DNA of 64,000 nucleotides from a virus. Made by a program: the position numbers and the translations under genes. The stretch's first letter is position 1; each line of letters opens with the position of its first letter. The notes under the pieces are model-generated. The model ran no database searches and had not been told where the DNA came from. It saw only the letters and a program-made list of their open reading frames with translations. Positions 1-8,913 of the stretch are shown piece after piece. The stretch is from positions 4,676 through 68,675 of the IMG/VR virus record IMGVR_UViG_3300045971_000208. One strand, 5' to 3'.

Positions 1-219
1 CTCGATCAGAAGATCGAACGCATGGGAGCCATTATCAAGGGTGATGACTTCATGCCTGAATACGATATGGAAACCAAGGCTAAGGCCCTGGCTTTCCTGG
101 ACAAGATGAAGGATACTGCCAAGGACATGAACCTTCGCACCTTGATCTCGGTTACGAAGGTTGCTAGCCGCGGAAGCAACTGGGAACGTCGTGCAGAATA
201 CTTACTGACTGCTGTTTAA
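1..219 (+). CDS. 3' part of a gene starting before the window; possible AAA+ ATPase C-terminal lid
   Basis: Frame 1 is open from base 1 (LDQKIERM...NLRTL...WER). It resembles the helical lid of phage AAA ATPases; recognition only. Confidence 0.4.
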   Translation, partial: LDQKIERMGAIIKGDDFMPEYDMETKAKALAFLDKMKDTAKDMNLRTLISVTKVASRGSNWERRAEYLLTAV

Positions 220-228
220 GGGGAACTT

Positions 229-408
229 ATGATGTCTTTGCATCTTCAATATTATCTAGGGATAGTGATGGTTATTTTTACCATTATAGGTGTTGCTCAT
301 CCAATACGTGGCGTGTTGAATGTTTCCCTTAAATCGGCTAGCATTGCATTGAGTATTTCTGCAGGTGTCTTGTTATTTCAGGGTATAGAGTGCATTACTT
401 TAATATGA
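229..408 (+). CDS. small membrane protein (59 aa)
   Basis: Read by hand: AAGGGG SD, MMSLHLQYYLGIVMVIFTIIGV..., two hydrophobic stretches, ATGA overlap with next gene. Confidence 0.55.
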   Translation: MMSLHLQYYLGIVMVIFTIIGVAHPIRGVLNVSLKSASIALSISAGVLLFQGIECITLI

Positions 409-602
409 GAAAATTCACTATCATGGCCGAGTATCTGGACGGACATGTCCGTCTCATGAGTACCGACAAAGACTATCTTATTGCTGACGAAGAAAACGTT
501 CAGTATTTGCGGGAACTTGGTGATCGTTTGCTTGAAGCAGGTTCGATCAATAGCTACCACATATTGGAACTTGTCGGTTCCCCAGTCTCAAAGGTTGAAT
601 AA
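405..602 (+). CDS. hypothetical protein
   Basis: ORF track; start moved to ATG 405 (ATGA coupling). Confidence 0.6.
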   Translation: MRKFTIMAEYLDGHVRLMSTDKDYLIADEENVQYLRELGDRLLEAGSINSYHILELVGSPVSKVE

Positions 603-874
603 TGTCTTATAGTATCCCACAAGTTTACAAATGCCCGAAATGTGGCCATGAGACCAAGTTCGGCCCCCACGACCATTGGGATAAATCTCCAGTTACTGAA
701 GATGGAAACCCTGTCTGCCCTAAATGCTGGAATGAATTCCTTGCTTGGTTTGGAGCTACAATGCTTTGCACAGTAGCCTGGACAAAAGAAGGCAGTGAGT
801 TTGATCAAGCTGCTAGAGCAAAGATACCTGATTTTCGCGCCACCCCATGGATGGACTACCGTTATAATCGTTAA
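602..874 (+). CDS. zinc-ribbon protein
   Basis: Two CPKC motifs; TAATG coupling. Confidence 0.7.
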   Translation: MSYSIPQVYKCPKCGHETKFGPHDHWDKSPVTEDGNPVCPKCWNEFLAWFGATMLCTVAWTKEGSEFDQAARAKIPDFRATPWMDYRYNR

Positions 875-883
875 GGATTTTCT

Positions 884-1117
884 ATGAGCATGGAATTAGT
901 AAAACTTGCAAACAAGGCACTTGACATCTGTGATGTTCGATTTGGTAAATGGAACCCAGCTGATTTTGCCAAGGTTTTCGGCGATCTTGTGATCAAGGAA
1001 TGTGCAAACATCTGTGAAGATGCAGATCAATATCGTGTTCCTGCTTCTGAGTATGCAGGTCTGGTCCGTAAGTTCAAACGTTTAGATGAGGCAGATTATG
1101 TGGTACGAATTGGTTAA
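884..1117 (+). CDS. hypothetical protein, F..LxxxEC paralog family
   Basis: AAGGA SD; motif shared with 4836 and 10346. Confidence 0.7.
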   Translation: MSMELVKLANKALDICDVRFGKWNPADFAKVFGDLVIKECANICEDADQYRVPASEYAGLVRKFKRLDEADYVVRIG

Positions 1118-1182
1118 GGCTTACTGGAAAGCATTTGATGAATGGTGCACTAAATACTTGGAAGCAAACAAGGAGCATCAAG

Positions 1183-1413
1183 GTGATTAAATCTGCAAAT
1201 AAAGTAACTGGGCATTTATTGAGAACTTTTAACCCTGAAGGAGGGGATTATGTCTTTCGCGTTTATGGTCTTGGCGGTACCTTTACTGATTACGATATTC
1301 ACCACGTTGATCTTTGTATTACCATCGAAGATGAAGACGCTTTCTTCTATAGTGGAGATGGAATTGACCGAATTGACCACTCCCCTCAAACTCTTGGATT
1401 GAAGGAAGAATGA
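1183..1413 (+). CDS. hypothetical protein
   Basis: GTG start after AGGAG, in frame with ORF 1135..1413. Confidence 0.6.
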   Translation: MIKSANKVTGHLLRTFNPEGGDYVFRVYGLGGTFTDYDIHHVDLCITIEDEDAFFYSGDGIDRIDHSPQTLGLKEE

Positions 1414-1518
1414 AACATTCTACGCTCTACAAAATCTCTTATCGTATTGGATACGAAGTGGGTTTTGTTGTGAGTGCAATTGGTTCATTGATCAGCTATA
1501 TTATGTTCCCATTCTAAA

Positions 1519-1749
1519 ATGGAACAGTCAACTAAGAATAGTTTGATGCGATATTATGCTTCACTATCAGTTGAAGAACTGTTAGAACAGAAGCTTGAAA
1601 TTGGTGAACACTTGAGATTTGGTAGAGTAAAGAATATGGATGACATGAAGGTCTCCATTGCGATAATAAATGTTGAATTAAAGATGAGGAATGAAAATGA
1701 GCAAAGAGAAATATGCGCCCTTCCTAGCAGCAATGAAAAAGCTGGCTGA
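1519..1749 (+). CDS. hypothetical protein
   Basis: ORF track; operon context. Confidence 0.55.
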   Translation: MEQSTKNSLMRYYASLSVEELLEQKLEIGEHLRFGRVKNMDDMKVSIAIINVELKMRNENEQREICALPSSNEKAG

Positions 1750-2098
1750 GGCACAAGAACTTCTATCACGTGGACCAGCATCCTTCTATGTGGAGCAGAT
1801 GGTTGGTGCCTATGACTATCTGATGGAGCGCTTTGCTCCATTTAAAGCTGGTGATAGGGTCATGCTCTTGAAGACACCAAGCCCAATGCCATCTGGGTGG
1901 GAACACTGCAGGCACTTTCTGGTTCCTGGGGCTTATGCAACAGTTCACCAGATTGCATGTGATGCGAAAGGATTCCGGGTTGATGTTGAATTTCTAGATG
2001 AGAGCTGGATTAATAGCGATGGTGAAGTTATCCTCTTGGAACAAGATCGGCGACATACATTTAGTTTCAGTGATACAAGCTTTGTGAAGGTGCAATGA
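1691..2098 (+). CDS. hypothetical protein
   Basis: GAGG SD; phage-like codon usage. Confidence 0.7.
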   Translation: MKMSKEKYAPFLAAMKKLAEAQELLSRGPASFYVEQMVGAYDYLMERFAPFKAGDRVMLLKTPSPMPSGWEHCRHFLVPGAYATVHQIACDAKGFRVDVEFLDESWINSDGEVILLEQDRRHTFSFSDTSFVKVQ

Positions 2099-2412
2099 TG
2101 TCAATATACAATCCAGATGTTTGGGAAGTATTAGAGCTTACAACAGATGAAGGTGCTGTCCGCAAGGTATTTGCTGGATGGTATGGTGGTTACACGGGCT
2201 CTGATAGTTGGAAGTTGAGCTCAATGATCAACAAGGTTACTGAAACAGATACTCACTATGAGTTTCTTTGTGAAAGCGGAAGCACATACAAGTGTAACAA
2301 GCAATCGCGGCGAATGAGCGGTTATATGATGAGCATCTATTCTGGATGGATCCAAGCTGCCGAAAAAGAGGAAACCTTGAAAATAGAAGTCGTAGAAGGT
2401 AAATTGATGTAA
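2095..2412 (+). CDS. conserved T4-like hypothetical protein
   Basis: YxPDxW...KVxAGWxGGY...DSW pattern typical of large myovirus accessory genes. Confidence 0.7.
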   Translation: MMSIYNPDVWEVLELTTDEGAVRKVFAGWYGGYTGSDSWKLSSMINKVTETDTHYEFLCESGSTYKCNKQSRRMSGYMMSIYSGWIQAAEKEETLKIEVVEGKLM

Positions 2413-2465
2413 GTCTTGTTACATAGTTACAAGAAACTCATTCGCATTTGGTTACTAAATAACCT

Positions 2466-2511
2466 AAATAACAGTGTACATTTAGCAGGTTGTAGTGTAT
2501 AATTACTTATC
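2466..2511 (+). promoter_or_regulatory. early promoter, CAGGTT type
   Basis: TGTACA 2475-2480, 17-nt spacer with CAGGTT, TATAAT 2498-2503. Confidence 0.85.
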
Positions 2512-2535
2512 TTCAAAAATTTAGAAAGGTTCCAA

Positions 2536-2697
2536 ATGTCTTCAATCTTTGTTTCCCGTAGCCCAGCTCCCCAAACCAAAGAACAGAAGAAGATTTCTTC
2601 TCTTGTTTTGAAGCCTTCTACTGCTGCTAAAAAGCGCATGTTGCCTGGTCCAGTTACCGTGGTTTACAAGAAGCCCGAAACCGAAGTCAAGGAGTAA
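2536..2697 (+). CDS. small basic protein (53 aa)
   Basis: Read by hand: GAAAGG SD, MSSIFVSRSPAPQTKEQKK...; first gene after the promoter. Confidence 0.7.
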   Translation: MSSIFVSRSPAPQTKEQKKISSLVLKPSTAAKKRMLPGPVTVVYKKPETEVKE

Positions 2698-2703
2698 TCC
2701 AAA

Positions 2704-2997
2704 ATGTCTTACGTCATCTTCAACAAGGAAACAACCGAATTCTTTCGTGTTTGGCGCCAAGGTTACTGGCAAGATGCCAAGTATGCTGATGAAGGTGCTG
2801 CAAAGACTGCAATGACCAAGCTCACAAAGGCTGGCAAGATCGATCCCTCGAAGTTTTCCATCATGGAAATGTCCGAGTTCAAGAAGATCGAGAAGACTGA
2901 AACGGTTTACAGCTTGATGTCTGGTAAGCCAGTGGTCCAATCGGTTAACACTCCCCTCTGCTGCGATCCTTCCAGCGAAACTTACTGGTGTATGTAA
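2704..2997 (+). CDS. hypothetical protein
   Basis: AAGGAG SD; C-terminal TPLCCDPSSETYW motif. Confidence 0.75.
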   Translation: MSYVIFNKETTEFFRVWRQGYWQDAKYADEGAAKTAMTKLTKAGKIDPSKFSIMEMSEFKKIEKTETVYSLMSGKPVVQSVNTPLCCDPSSETYWCM

Positions 2998-2998
2998 C

Positions 2999-3253
2999 AT
3001 GAACTTCAAACGAAAACTCACTATCGCGAAAACGGCTCAGGAATTTCTCAATCGAGCAATCGCTGAGATGGAATGTGGTAAGGATGGAAATAAGTATGAC
3101 TACGATTTGTGGCATGCTTTCAAAGACTTGAAGAGTATCCAAGATCAAGAAGATGTTCAAGAAGCACTCGATGCTCCACTTCCAATCCTGCTGGATGATG
3201 TTGAACCACCTGATGAATCGACTGGATTCTCCCTCTTTGGTGATTTGAAATGA
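2999..3253 (+). CDS. hypothetical protein
   Basis: ORF track; operon context. Confidence 0.65.
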   Translation: MNFKRKLTIAKTAQEFLNRAIAEMECGKDGNKYDYDLWHAFKDLKSIQDQEDVQEALDAPLPILLDDVEPPDESTGFSLFGDLK

Positions 3254-3432
3254 ACACAATGCTTGTTTGGTTTTTGGTTTCTGTTGGTGGAAATTACAGT
3301 GGCGTAATGAACTACTCTCCACCTTTTGCTACACTCCAAGAATGTGAGCGCGTGCAGAAGATCATCAAAGATGGAGACAACATTGCTTATAAGTTTCACA
3401 CCCAGTGTATTCAAATGACGGTGGTCAAATAG
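3250..3432 (+). CDS. small, possibly exported protein with two Cys
   Basis: Hydrophobic N-terminus; F.T...C...C pattern. Confidence 0.6.
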   Translation: MNTMLVWFLVSVGGNYSGVMNYSPPFATLQECERVQKIIKDGDNIAYKFHTQCIQMTVVK

Positions 3433-3469
3433 TTTATTATTCAGGTAAAGCACTTAAAAATAGAACATT

Positions 3470-3512
3470 TTACTATGTACATTCCGCAGGTTGCAGGGTA
3501 TAATAACTCATC
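3470..3512 (+). promoter_or_regulatory. early promoter, CAGGTT type
   Basis: TGTACA 3476-3481, 17 nt, TATAAT 3499-3504. Confidence 0.85.
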
Positions 3513-3532
3513 AAACGGAAAAAGGAAGTAAA

Positions 3533-3715
3533 ATGGAAGATGATGTCGTGATTGTTGCTCCTGGAGACTATATCAAGACCCCTCTCGGTCTGATCTTGGT
3601 TGAGGAAGTTCGACTTGACTTCGATGTTCTGGCTGCCTTTCTGGCAAACGGTGAAGTGATCGCGGTCAATACGCTCACTCTCGAAGATGTCTTTCTGGAA
3701 TCTGAGGTCATCTAA
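3533..3715 (+). CDS. small acidic protein
   Basis: AAGGAAG SD before ATG 3533. Confidence 0.7.
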   Translation: MEDDVVIVAPGDYIKTPLGLILVEEVRLDFDVLAAFLANGEVIAVNTLTLEDVFLESEVI

Positions 3716-3735
3716 TCCTGTTACACTTTGTTACT

Positions 3736-3780
3736 AAAATAACTGTGTACATTTGACAGGTTACAGAGTATAATACATTT
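3736..3780 (+). promoter_or_regulatory. early promoter, CAGGTT type (probably leaderless transcript)
   Basis: TGTACA 3746-3751, 17 nt, TATAAT 3769-3774; ATG at 3781. Confidence 0.85.
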
Positions 3781-4026
3781 ATGAAAACGAAACAACTCTT
3801 AAACGGTAAATGGGTCTATGCTGAAGCTTCGGAACCTCTGAAGATTGGCGATAAGGTCGAGTTTACCTGCAATGGTGCTGGACGTGGCGGACACTACAAT
3901 GTGACTGCTATCGTGACTGGTATCAAACGCAAGACTTTTACGACACTCGAGGCTAATGGTTCTTATCGTCCAGGAACAATCTGGAAGCTGAATCTGAACA
4001 CCGAAAATCTTTTTGTAAACCGCTAA
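3781..4026 (+). CDS. hypothetical protein
   Basis: ORF lies between two promoters. Confidence 0.7.
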   Translation: MKTKQLLNGKWVYAEASEPLKIGDKVEFTCNGAGRGGHYNVTAIVTGIKRKTFTTLEANGSYRPGTIWKLNLNTENLFVNR

Positions 4027-4071
4027 AATAACTGTTTACATTCCACAGGTTACGTGTTATAATTACTTATC
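4025..4071 (+). promoter_or_regulatory. early promoter, CAGGTT type
   Basis: TTTACA 4035-4040, 17 nt, TATAAT 4058-4063. Confidence 0.85.
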
Positions 4072-4095
4072 GATTGATTAACTTAGAAAGTTTAT

Positions 4096-4557
4096 ATGCT
4101 GAAACAAATCGCTGAAATCACTGGTCTCCGTTACAACGAACAAGACACCATCGCAATGGGTCTCTTGAACCGCATTGCTAACTACATTCCCGCTGGCATC
4201 AAGGTCGAAGACACCTACTTTGACCGCATGGTTCTTCAAGCTGAAGACCGCGTGAATGCCGAAGGTAACCTCTGCATCGTGAACCTCGTCAAGACGATCA
4301 CTGCCGAACCAGTTGCCAAGGTTCTGAAGATCAAGTCCAGCCCTAAGGGTGCTCGCATCAAGGTTGCTGCAGTCAATGGAGTTCGCTTCAGCTTCGGCCC
4401 AATCTGGAATACTTCGGTTATCAAGGGTAAGGGTATCGCATTGGTTGAAGCCAACCGTGTGAAGCTCAATCACCAAGCTGAAATGCTGGGTATCTCGGCT
4501 CCTGAAAAGATGGAAGCTGTTGCTCTTGCTGCTGTTATGGCCCCAATGGTTGCTTAA
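4096..4557 (+). CDS. hypothetical protein
   Basis: Strong codon bias; first gene after the promoter. Confidence 0.75.
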   Translation: MLKQIAEITGLRYNEQDTIAMGLLNRIANYIPAGIKVEDTYFDRMVLQAEDRVNAEGNLCIVNLVKTITAEPVAKVLKIKSSPKGARIKVAAVNGVRFSFGPIWNTSVIKGKGIALVEANRVKLNHQAEMLGISAPEKMEAVALAAVMAPMVA

Positions 4558-4566
4558 GGAAAAATC

Positions 4567-4833
4567 ATGATCACCACGATTGTTGCCGGTTTTGAAGTTC
4601 TTGCTGCAGATGGAGATGGCCGTGGTGAAAGTCATGTTGCCTACTTCAACAATGAAAAGGCTGCTAAGCAACTTGCAGCAACGAGCCCAGGCTGGATGAG
4701 AGTTCAGCCTTTTGAAAAGTCTTTTGCTATCTGTGCGACCCTCGTTGAATACATGCAGGAAAAGAACGAAGAAATAAAAGCTCGAGCTTTGGCTAAACTT
4801 ACTGTTGAAGAACGTTCTGCTCTAGGAGTTTGA
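4567..4833 (+). CDS. hypothetical protein
   Basis: AAGGA SD; ends in ALAKLT.EE..ALG. Confidence 0.7.
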   Translation: MITTIVAGFEVLAADGDGRGESHVAYFNNEKAAKQLAATSPGWMRVQPFEKSFAICATLVEYMQEKNEEIKARALAKLTVEERSALGV

Positions 4834-4835
4834 AG

Positions 4836-5081
4836 ATGTCCGATATCAAAAACATGGTTCGTAAAGTGGGTGGACGGTTCTATACTGAAAACCTCATGAG
4901 CAACCCAGTTCAAGTCCGTGAAAGTGTGACGATGACTGTTGAGCAACTCAATGATTTTGTGAAAGCAATAGTTGATGTGTGTTTGGAGATTGCAGAGCCA
5001 ATGCCTGGCTCTACAGATATTGACGACCGCGCCCGTGGTTGGATTTGTGATCAAATGAAAACTGAATTTGGAGTATTGTGA
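4836..5081 (+). CDS. hypothetical protein, F..LxxxEC paralog family
   Basis: AGGAG SD; FVKAIVDVC...EFGV. Confidence 0.7.
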   Translation: MSDIKNMVRKVGGRFYTENLMSNPVQVRESVTMTVEQLNDFVKAIVDVCLEIAEPMPGSTDIDDRARGWICDQMKTEFGVL

Positions 5082-5293
5082 TGGCAGTTACTATTGATAT
5101 GGTCTTCAATATCTGGAACGAAGATGGTTACGGATACGAAGTTGGTCCTGATGCTGACACTGGATTGGCCCTTGAGGTTCGCTATTACGAAGAGAGTTTT
5201 GGAACCAAAATTCGTCAGCGCATGACCTTCCAAAAGGAAGATGCACTTGCAATTGCTGAAGCCTTTACGAAACTCGCTAAGGAAATGAAATGA
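5078..5293 (+). CDS. hypothetical protein
   Basis: GGAG SD; coupled to upstream gene. Confidence 0.7.
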   Translation: MMAVTIDMVFNIWNEDGYGYEVGPDADTGLALEVRYYEESFGTKIRQRMTFQKEDALAIAEAFTKLAKEMK

Positions 5294-5574
5294 AAAATGC
5301 ATTTGACAATCGCATGACAGATAATCTGAATCAGTTCCGAGCTGAAGATGCTAGGAAAATGGTTAATGATGCCCACAGTTTGGATGGTGAATACAAGCGC
5401 AACGAAACAGTTGCTATCCTGAATAATATCAAGGAAGCTGCTAATAAAGGTCTCTCAGTAATTACCGTAAGCAATACTGACGGTATTGTTGAAGCTCGTT
5501 TGAATAGCTTGGGTTTTTCAACCAAGATCACCTACGAACAGCGTGACGGCGATTACATGACGATCACTTGGTAA
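5290..5574 (+). CDS. hypothetical protein
   Basis: AAGGA SD; ATGA overlap. Confidence 0.7.
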   Translation: MKNAFDNRMTDNLNQFRAEDARKMVNDAHSLDGEYKRNETVAILNNIKEAANKGLSVITVSNTDGIVEARLNSLGFSTKITYEQRDGDYMTITW

Positions 5575-5605
5575 TAAATAACCGATAACGAAAAGGAATA
5601 CTATC

Positions 5606-5779
5606 ATGGGTGGAAAAGCAACATCGATTTATCTGACCGTCTGTCCTAAAGGCAGCCACATCAGTGTCCTGAAGAAAGTTTTCTTCGAGGCTAAAGCCTA
5701 TAACGAATTCGTAAAGGATCCGCTCTTTATTGAGAAGTATCCTAAGGATAAGTTTGACATCATCAAAGAGACCTACTAA
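5606..5779 (+). CDS. small protein (57 aa)
   Basis: Read by hand: AAGGA SD, MGGKATSIYLTVCPKG...; AATAAATA late-like promoter at 5573-5580. Confidence 0.7.
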   Translation: MGGKATSIYLTVCPKGSHISVLKKVFFEAKAYNEFVKDPLFIEKYPKDKFDIIKETY

Positions 5780-5780
5780 C

Positions 5781-6017
5781 ATGTCAAACTTTGAACTACT
5801 TGATGCAGTAGAAACCCAGATCATCCGTCTGGGTGAGTTGACTAATCTCTATAATGTAATCGTTAATGGGATGCCTACTTCACAACCTGAAGAAATTCTG
5901 AGTTCAATTCAGTATATCCAGGGTTCGCTTGAAGATATTAATATGCATCTTGCTGTTGACTTCCAGATACTACACAATGTGGTAATGAAGAATGAAAACT
6001 CTGACCGAAATTTTTGA
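5781..6017 (+). CDS. hypothetical protein
   Basis: ATG 5781 in frame with ORF 5730..6017. Confidence 0.6.
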   Translation: MSNFELLDAVETQIIRLGELTNLYNVIVNGMPTSQPEEILSSIQYIQGSLEDINMHLAVDFQILHNVVMKNENSDRNF

Positions 6018-6264
6018 AGAATTTACTCCTGAACAGCAGGCTGCTATTGTTGCTCGTGCTCAGGAGTTGGTTGGTAACGATTTAGTTTATCGTCTTCGCA
6101 AACGTGCGGAAATACGCCGCCAAATCTCTTCACGAAAGAGTGTGCAAGAAGGTAAGCCTGATAGAATAGCAGACCTTCTTGAAGAGGCTGCAAATGAAAT
6201 AGAACGGCATCGTAAAGATAATGATGCAAGATATAATGAAGAGCTTCACCGCTCGTCTTGGTAA
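5992..6264 (+). CDS. hypothetical protein
   Basis: DLVYRLRKRAEIRRQI...DLLEEAA phage helical motif. Confidence 0.7.
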   Translation: MKTLTEIFEEFTPEQQAAIVARAQELVGNDLVYRLRKRAEIRRQISSRKSVQEGKPDRIADLLEEAANEIERHRKDNDARYNEELHRSSW

Positions 6265-6270
6265 ATAGAA

Positions 6271-6840
6271 ATGGCAAATAAGTTTTTTACATCTGACCTT
6301 CATTTTGGTCATGAAAATATTATAAGGTTCTGTAATAGACCTTACCAATCAGCTCGTCAAATGGACGAGGATTTGATTTACAACTGGAACAATGCTATTC
6401 AGCCAAATGATATTGTCTATGTTTTGGGGGACGTGTTCTTCTGTAATCAAGATGAAGCAAAGACTATCCTAAACCGTTTGAATGGTAAGAAGAGACTTGT
6501 TCTCGGTAACCACGATAAGGTTATTCGCAATCAAAAACCTATTCAGTATCTATTCGAGGAAATTCTCCCCGACCTTTATACTGAATACATTGATGGTGTA
6601 ATGGTTCACATGTGCCACTATCCAATGCATTCTTGGAACAAAGCTTTTCATGGGGCGTACATGCTTCATGGACATGTTCATAGCCCTGTTGCTACCGATG
6701 GAAAGGTTCGTCGCTACGATGTAGGCGTGGATGCTAATAGTTATGCACCAGTTAGGTGGGAAACAATCAAGAAGACACTCGACGGTATTCCAGCTGGAGA
6801 ACCAGATAACATCAGATCAAACAGAAACACAGAGAAATAA
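6271..6840 (+). CDS. calcineurin-like metallophosphoesterase
   Basis: DLH, LGD, GNHD, HYP and GHVH motifs. Confidence 0.92.
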   Translation: MANKFFTSDLHFGHENIIRFCNRPYQSARQMDEDLIYNWNNAIQPNDIVYVLGDVFFCNQDEAKTILNRLNGKKRLVLGNHDKVIRNQKPIQYLFEEILPDLYTEYIDGVMVHMCHYPMHSWNKAFHGAYMLHGHVHSPVATDGKVRRYDVGVDANSYAPVRWETIKKTLDGIPAGEPDNIRSNRNTEK

Positions 6841-6842
6841 TC

Positions 6843-7280
6843 ATGCCAAGCTTTTTAGATGAGATTGCCCACACACTTGCAGCACACCCAGCAAGCGGTG
6901 AATTCCGCGCAGCGGGGGTCTTGATCAAGTCAATACAAACTAATCGTTATCTATTCGTGCAGCGGGGCGACCACGTCAAGCAAGCCCGAACTTGGGCAGG
7001 CTTTGGTGGTGAGATTGATCCTGGTGAAACCCCTGAAGATGCAATCATTCGAGAGCTTGAAGAAGAAGCTGGATTTACAAATGCTGTGAAGCTAAAGAAA
7101 GTTTACACATTTGTTAATGGTGGATTTACTTATCACAACTACATTGGTACAGTGTGGAATGAGTTTGAACCTAAACTCAACTGGGAAAACATGGCTTACA
7201 TTTGGTGTAATGTGAATGATCTGCCAGAGCCATTGCACCCTGGTATCAAAGAGATGCTAAAGACGGTCAAACTGGCCTGA
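6843..7280 (+). CDS. Nudix hydrolase
   Basis: Nudix box GGEIDPGETPEDAIIRELEEEAG. Confidence 0.92.
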   Translation: MPSFLDEIAHTLAAHPASGEFRAAGVLIKSIQTNRYLFVQRGDHVKQARTWAGFGGEIDPGETPEDAIIRELEEEAGFTNAVKLKKVYTFVNGGFTYHNYIGTVWNEFEPKLNWENMAYIWCNVNDLPEPLHPGIKEMLKTVKLA

Positions 7281-7649
7281 TAGTGATTTGTATGCAGTAG
7301 CTTGTTGTTTTACTTCAAGCGCTGCTTTATCTTCCCACGTCATTTTCTTCCAGTCTTTATCTGAGATGTTCCAGTTCGTCTCGGGAAAGCCCATCCAATA
7401 TCCACCCTTCTTTTGCTTTCCTTCTGGGTTGGTGATAGCCATTGTCCCAAATCGCTGAGCGCCCATCGCTTGTTCTTCGCCCTTCGGCGTTTGTCCTACT
7501 ATACGGATGGTGTAGCCTTCCTTATCAGTATAAGCTGCTAATATTTTTCTTGGAGGTATTGGTCCTTTGCTTGCACCTGGAGACTTCCATAGTTCGCCTG
7601 GCTTATTATGGGTGCCGTCAAACTCAAGCAAGAACTGTTTGAAGTTCAT
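7257..7649 (-). CDS. putative internal head protein
   Basis: N-terminus MNFKQFLLE resembles T4 capsid-targeting sequences. Confidence 0.6.
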   Translation of the reverse strand: MNFKQFLLEFDGTHNKPGELWKSPGASKGPIPPRKILAAYTDKEGYTIRIVGQTPKGEEQAMGAQRFGTMAITNPEGKQKKGGYWMGFPETNWNISDKDWKKMTWEDKAALEVKQQATAYKSLSGQFDRL

Positions 7650-8239
7650 AGCTCTTTACCTTGCCAGTAAATCTTTCCTATCTTACCAACTGGGTATAGG
7701 TAGTTACCGCCTTGACATTTGATCATGTTCTTTCTAAGCTGATCAAAGAACTTCTCATTCAAATCACGAGCCTTTAAACCACCTCTTGGAAAGAACCCAA
7801 CTGGGAATGGTTTATTGTCTGCTAGTAAGCCATAAGCTCCAGCACGAGCACGACCTTCATGGCCTGAAATTGTTATCTCTAATTCATCTCCATCATCAAA
7901 TCCTGGGTTGATCTTGAATTCAATCCAAGGTGTTGCGATTGGACATCCAGCTTCAACATACTTCTTAATGCGTTGTAAATCTTCCGATCTGTCAGCTTGA
8001 GTAGCCATCTTCAAGAATATTGTTGGAGCTATATAGGCCACAAAACCTTCATACACGACATTCTGTCCCATAGGAGTAGAACCCATACCCTTTGGATTGC
8101 TGAATGGAACCCCATTGCACATGTAGGAGTCTTCAATATTATCAGGGCTAGGAGCTGGTAAAGCTTTCAACTGTTCAGGAGTATACTTGAATGGCTCTTC
8201 GTCGAACTGTCTAGCTTCTAAAAATTCTTTAAATCTCAT
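7646..8239 (-). CDS. putative internal head protein, possible ParB/Srx-like domain
   Basis: MRFKEFLE N-terminus; ISGHEGRARA resembles the ParB/Srx GxxR motif. Confidence 0.55.
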   Translation of the reverse strand: MRFKEFLEARQFDEEPFKYTPEQLKALPAPSPDNIEDSYMCNGVPFSNPKGMGSTPMGQNVVYEGFVAYIAPTIFLKMATQADRSEDLQRIKKYVEAGCPIATPWIEFKINPGFDDGDELEITISGHEGRARAGAYGLLADNKPFPVGFFPRGGLKARDLNEKFFDQLRKNMIKCQGGNYLYPVGKIGKIYWQGKEL

Positions 8240-8913
8240 ATCTTCAAATCCAAAAGCTTCTTCAATTTTTCCATCATAATGCCGTGTGAACGAACTGCAA
8301 TATAGCTTGAGCCTGTTAGAAGAATATCTTCATACTGATCTTTGATAACTGTTGCTAAATCATTTGAAGATGTTAGGCTCCATGGATCCATAGTCTTGAG
8401 TTCATCTACAATAACTTTCTGAACTTCATTATCTGACATTTCATCAAAATCAACATCATGCTTCCAACGAAGATTACTTAGTTTATAGAATGTGTATGAG
8501 TCCTTGAACTCTTTGAATACGGTTACTGTCCAACCATTTTTAGGGAAGATAACATAGGGTGTTCCCCAGTCACTTGCAATGCTAGTAGATGTGGTGCAGA
8601 AGATTGCATTCTTACGAGTAGCTTTTAGCCCAACCTTTATGAAGCTCTTGTGAAGCTGTTCATGCCAATCGGGATTCATCTCAAGAGATAATCTTTCCTG
8701 CCTAATTTGGGTGATAACTACTTGATCATTTGCGCCCTTAATGCCACGATAGATAGGGTCACCCGCCTTTTGATAAGCCGCAATAATGTCAGAGCACTGT
8801 GCTTTCAAAATGGCAGCTAGGTCCTCAACTTTATTAACCTTGGTGATTTCCTTTTCTTTAGGGTCAGCTAGGTTATGGATTGCATGCGGATCAAAAAGCT
8901 CAGCTACTTTCAT
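8236..8913 (-). CDS. putative internal head protein, ADP-ribosyltransferase-like fold
   Basis: MKVAELF N-terminus; IYRG...IFCTTS..A..WG..YVIFP. Confidence 0.5.
   Translation of the reverse strand: MKVAELFDPHAIHNLADPKEKEITKVNKVEDLAAILKAQCSDIIAAYQKAGDPIYRGIKGANDQVVITQIRQERLSLEMNPDWHEQLHKSFIKVGLKATRKNAIFCTTSTSIASDWGTPYVIFPKNGWTVTVFKEFKDSYTFYKLSNLRWKHDVDFDEMSDNEVQKVIVDELKTMDPWSLTSSNDLATVIKDQYEDILLTGSSYIAVRSHGIMMEKLKKLLDLKI

Noticed and set aside
2466-4071. Recurring 45-bp units as a CRISPR array
   Set aside because: The units are degenerate promoters separated by whole genes, not by constant-length spacers.
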